Origin: Desulfobacterales bacterium
GTDB taxonomy: Bacteria > Desulfobacterota > Desulfobacteria > Desulfobacterales > UBA11574
Direction: 5' to 3'
Length of the DNA: 44,271 nt
NCBI GenBank assembly: GCA_049583675.1
Contig: JBAUWG010000584.1
Coordinates: 1-44,271 of the forward strand
Every line of letters begins with the position of its first letter. Within the stretch, counting starts at the first letter, position 1. This document shows, in pieces, positions 42,532-44,271 of this stretch. The position numbers and the translations under genes were made by a program. The notes beneath the pieces were generated by a model, which saw nothing but the letters and a program-made list of their open reading frames with translations, made no database searches and had not been told where the DNA came from.

Positions 42532-42927
42532 ATGAAAGGAATTTTTCTGAGATGGTTGATTCTGACATTTTCAATCATGGCGACATCATATATGATTGAT
42601 GGGATTCAGGTCACCGGCTTTTTATCCGCATTTTTTGCCGCCGCTATTTTGGGAATACTGAATGCTTTTTTTCGACCGATCCTGTTCATATTGACCCTCC
42701 CGGTCAATATCCTGAGTCTGGGGCTTTTTACCTTTGTGATCAACGCTGTGATGCTGATGATGGTTTCCGCCGTGATAACCGGTTTTAAAGTTCACGGATT
42801 CTGGTCTGCCGTGTTTGGATCGCTTTTAATCAGTTTGGTCAGTTGGCTTCTAACATCTTTTATCAGTGAACGGGGAACGGTTCAGTATATTGATTTAAAA
42901 CATGTCGGACGCAACCGATGGGAATGA
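42532..42927 (+). CDS. DUF360 / phage-holin-4-2 family small membrane protein
   Basis: Track ORF 42514..42927. The preferred start is ATG 42532 (MKGIFLRWLIL), after GAGGA. It has four TM segments and the sequence FFAAAILGILNAFFRPILFILTLPVNILSLGLFTFVINA, typical of the family. Confidence 0.75.
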   Translation: MKGIFLRWLILTFSIMATSYMIDGIQVTGFLSAFFAAAILGILNAFFRPILFILTLPVNILSLGLFTFVINAVMLMMVSAVITGFKVHGFWSAVFGSLLISLVSWLLTSFISERGTVQYIDLKHVGRNRWE

Positions 42928-43370
42928 TAACGGCGGGTCCGGAGGCTTTTCCAACAAATTAAATCCTTCTTATCCTGTTACCCAAATTACTCAGTATGTA
43001 ATGCATGTAATAGTAAATGTGGTATTCATTTCATAAAGATTTTATGCGCACCCAAATAGTTATCGATAACTATCTGAAATATAAGGAAACAAAAAAACCT
43101 TCTCGATTTTGCATGATTTTTGCATAATTTCTACAATAAACTTTTGGCGTTTTAAATAACCCAACTTCGATATTTTTCTGCAATTGATTTTCGGCGACTT
43201 CCTTCTAAATGTCACCGGGAAACTCGGGAGACGATCCAAATTTAGCCTCTGATAAAAGGATTCTTCCCAAAAGGAAGCTTCAGAGAAACGTACGATTCCG
43301 ATTATTCAAACGAACACCGGTATTCATGGCGTGGTTTACCATGAGCGGTGGGTGTTATCTGAGGAAAGAT

Positions 43371-43571
43371 ATGAAAAAGAAATATATAGGAGCACTTGTG
43401 CTCCCATTCCTTTCTATATTTGGGTTCATTGTTGTTTCGGCAATTGCCGGTGCTGAATCCAGGACTTTAATCTCTGACCTGATCCCCGTTCCGGAGCCTG
43501 CCAGCATTCTCTTGTTGGGTGTTGGTTTGGTCGGTCTGGCTGGATTAGGGCGCAAAAAGCTTAAAAAGTAG
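43371..43571 (+). CDS. Minimal PEP-CTERM sorting-domain protein (66 aa)
   Basis: Track ORF 43209..43571. The preferred start is ATG 43371 (MKKKYIGALVLPF...), 5 nt after GAGGAA. A signal peptide ending AGA-ES is followed about 12 residues later by the PEP-CTERM tag VPEPASILLLGVGLVGLAGLGRKKLKK. Confidence 0.75.
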   Translation: MKKKYIGALVLPFLSIFGFIVVSAIAGAESRTLISDLIPVPEPASILLLGVGLVGLAGLGRKKLKK

Positions 43572-43577
43572 CGTACC

Positions 43578-43727
43578 ATGAAGACGCCATGGCCAGCAAC
43601 TGACGATAGGCGCCTATGTGTTGACCGGCGTCAATTTTCCTATGATAAACATATTCCGGAGCGAAGATCCGGCAAGGAGAGGAGACGCAAATTCGACGGA
43701 CGTCTGGAATCGAGTCAATCCGAATAG
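43578..43727 (+). CDS. Candidate 49-aa Arg-rich small ORF downstream of the PEP-CTERM gene
   Basis: It is not in the track because it is shorter than 60 aa. The translation is MKTPWPATDDRRLCVDRRQFSYDKHIPERRSGKERRRKFDGRLESSQSE. It starts 6 nt after the PEP-CTERM stop and is followed by the terminator at 43746. There is no clear RBS, so confidence is low. Confidence 0.25.
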   Translation: MKTPWPATDDRRLCVDRRQFSYDKHIPERRSGKERRRKFDGRLESSQSE

Positions 43728-43745
43728 TTAAATGCTATCCCAAGG

Positions 43746-43774
43746 GGCGGAGTCCGATAGGATTCCGCCTTTTT
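43746..43774 (+). terminator. Rho-independent terminator
   Basis: GGCGGAGTC, loop CGATAG, GATTCCGCC (9 bp including one G.U pair), followed by TTTTT. Confidence 0.75.
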
Positions 43775-43827
43775 AATAGTTAAGGAATTCGAATATCCGC
43801 AAAGCTCCATCCATTCAATGATATCAA

Positions 43828-44271
43828 ATGCTTCAAAATACCTTTCTCCATATTCCGGGTATCGGGATTAAAAAAGAAGAACACTTATGGAACATCGGCA
43901 TTTTTAATTGGGATCTTTGCACCAAAACTGGCGATTCAAGTTTTTCGCTAAAGAAAATGGGAACAATGGCCGACTGCCTCCGGGAATCAAAAACTCAGAT
44001 GGCTTCGCTGAATCCAAACTACTTTGCCGAACGTATGCCGGCGAGTCATCACTGGCGCTTTTTCCCAGAATTTAGAGATGTCACCGCCTACCTTGACATT
44101 GAAACGACAGGATTGAGTCGTTATGATGAAGCCATCACCACCATTGCACTCTATGACGGAAAATCGATTTTTCATTATGTTAAAGATCGAAATTTGGATG
44201 ATTTCCCAGAGCAAATCAAACGATACAAAGTCATCGTGACCTATAACGGAAAATGTTTCGATGTTCCCTTC
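43828..44271 (+). CDS. RNase-H-fold 3'-5' exonuclease-like protein (YprB / PolB-exonuclease-related), 5' partial at window end
   Basis: The open frame runs from ATG 43828, preceded by an in-frame TGA at 43819, to the window edge. It is 148 codons with no stop, so it is absent from the track. The translation MLQNTFLHIPGIGIKKEEHLW...VTAYLDIETTGLSRYDEAITTIALYDG...VTYNGKCFDVPF carries DEDD exonuclease motif I (DIETTG) and the YNGxxFDxPF motif. Confidence 0.7.
   Translation, partial: MLQNTFLHIPGIGIKKEEHLWNIGIFNWDLCTKTGDSSFSLKKMGTMADCLRESKTQMASLNPNYFAERMPASHHWRFFPEFRDVTAYLDIETTGLSRYDEAITTIALYDGKSIFHYVKDRNLDDFPEQIKRYKVIVTYNGKCFDVPF

Noticed and set aside
42299-42574. 91-aa minus-strand ORF.
   Set aside because: It is made almost entirely of the long repeat-element copy and overlaps the start of the DUF360 gene. 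It is most likely a by-product of the repeat.
43209-43370. The N-terminal 54-codon extension of the PEP-CTERM ORF.
   Set aside because: The extension is not signal-peptide-like. The internal ATG 43371 has a GAGGAA RBS and gives a canonical Lys-rich signal peptide.
43987-44214. 75-aa minus-strand ORF near the window end.
   Set aside because: It is antisense to the open-ended plus-strand frame that carries the DEDD exonuclease motifs.
1-44271. A scan for CRISPR arrays, tRNA/rRNA genes, integrases, transposases, and toxin-antitoxin or defence-system genes.
   Set aside because: I found no regularly spaced direct repeats and no tRNA-like T-arm or acceptor patterns in the intergenic regions. I also found no recombinase or nuclease-helicase defence signatures. 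The only dispersed repeat is the MITE-like element reported above. A tRNAscan, Rfam or defence-finder run would be needed for certainty.

Overview
The 44.3-kb window is ordinary chromosomal DNA with no rRNA, tRNA, CRISPR array, transposase or integrase that I could recognise. Gene content suggests an anaerobic Desulfobacterota-type (deltaproteobacterial) genome: selenoprotein HdrA/MvhD/FdhA, tungsten-type aldehyde:ferredoxin oxidoreductase, sigma-54 enhancer-binding proteins and a PEP-CTERM protein. This taxonomic placement is inference only.

Gene order:
- A Liv-type ABC uptake locus without ATPases (153-3522).
- A glucosyl-3-phosphoglycerate synthase translationally coupled to an M20-like protein (3783-5907).
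- An alpha/beta hydrolase, pyruvate kinase, a DJ-1/PfpI protein and an Fmt-like formyltransferase (6067-10268).
- A 9.6-kb minus-strand redox operon (10409-20003).
- A LysM protein, an XRE regulator, an HDOD protein and an MBL-fold protein.
- A sigma-54-linked block: enhancer-binding protein, zinc-ribbon protein, dksA and hup.
- A GT4 glycosyltransferase.
- A speH-speE polyamine module with a second AdoMetDC-like paralogue.
- An aldehyde:ferredoxin oxidoreductase.
- A sigma-54-dependent gabT plus complete Liv-type ABC operon with its PAS-domain activator.
- A thioesterase, a flavodoxin-like protein, a DUF360 membrane protein, a minimal PEP-CTERM protein, and a 5' partial RNase-H-fold exonuclease gene running off the window end.

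The most interesting region is the redox operon. It combines NuoE-like and NuoF-like (HydBC/Bfu-type) subunits, a 1080-aa HydA/NuoG-N-terminus::HdrA-like fusion, MvhD, an AsrA/HydB-type FeS protein and a cytoplasmic FdhA. It contains three in-frame TGA codons at classic selenocysteine positions, each followed by a hairpin. Two of these split ORFs in the supplied track (fdhA and mvhD). The third hides a 127-codon HdrA N-terminal fragment gene (19620-20003) that is absent from the track. That fragment carries exactly the FAD-binding/Sec segment missing from the first HdrA unit of the 1080-aa fusion.

Other notable items are a MITE-like inverted-repeat element in two size variants (35004-35081 and 42294-42477), two good sigma-54 promoters (25300-25315 and 39077-39092, both minus strand), and a pseudo-receiver enhancer-binding protein.
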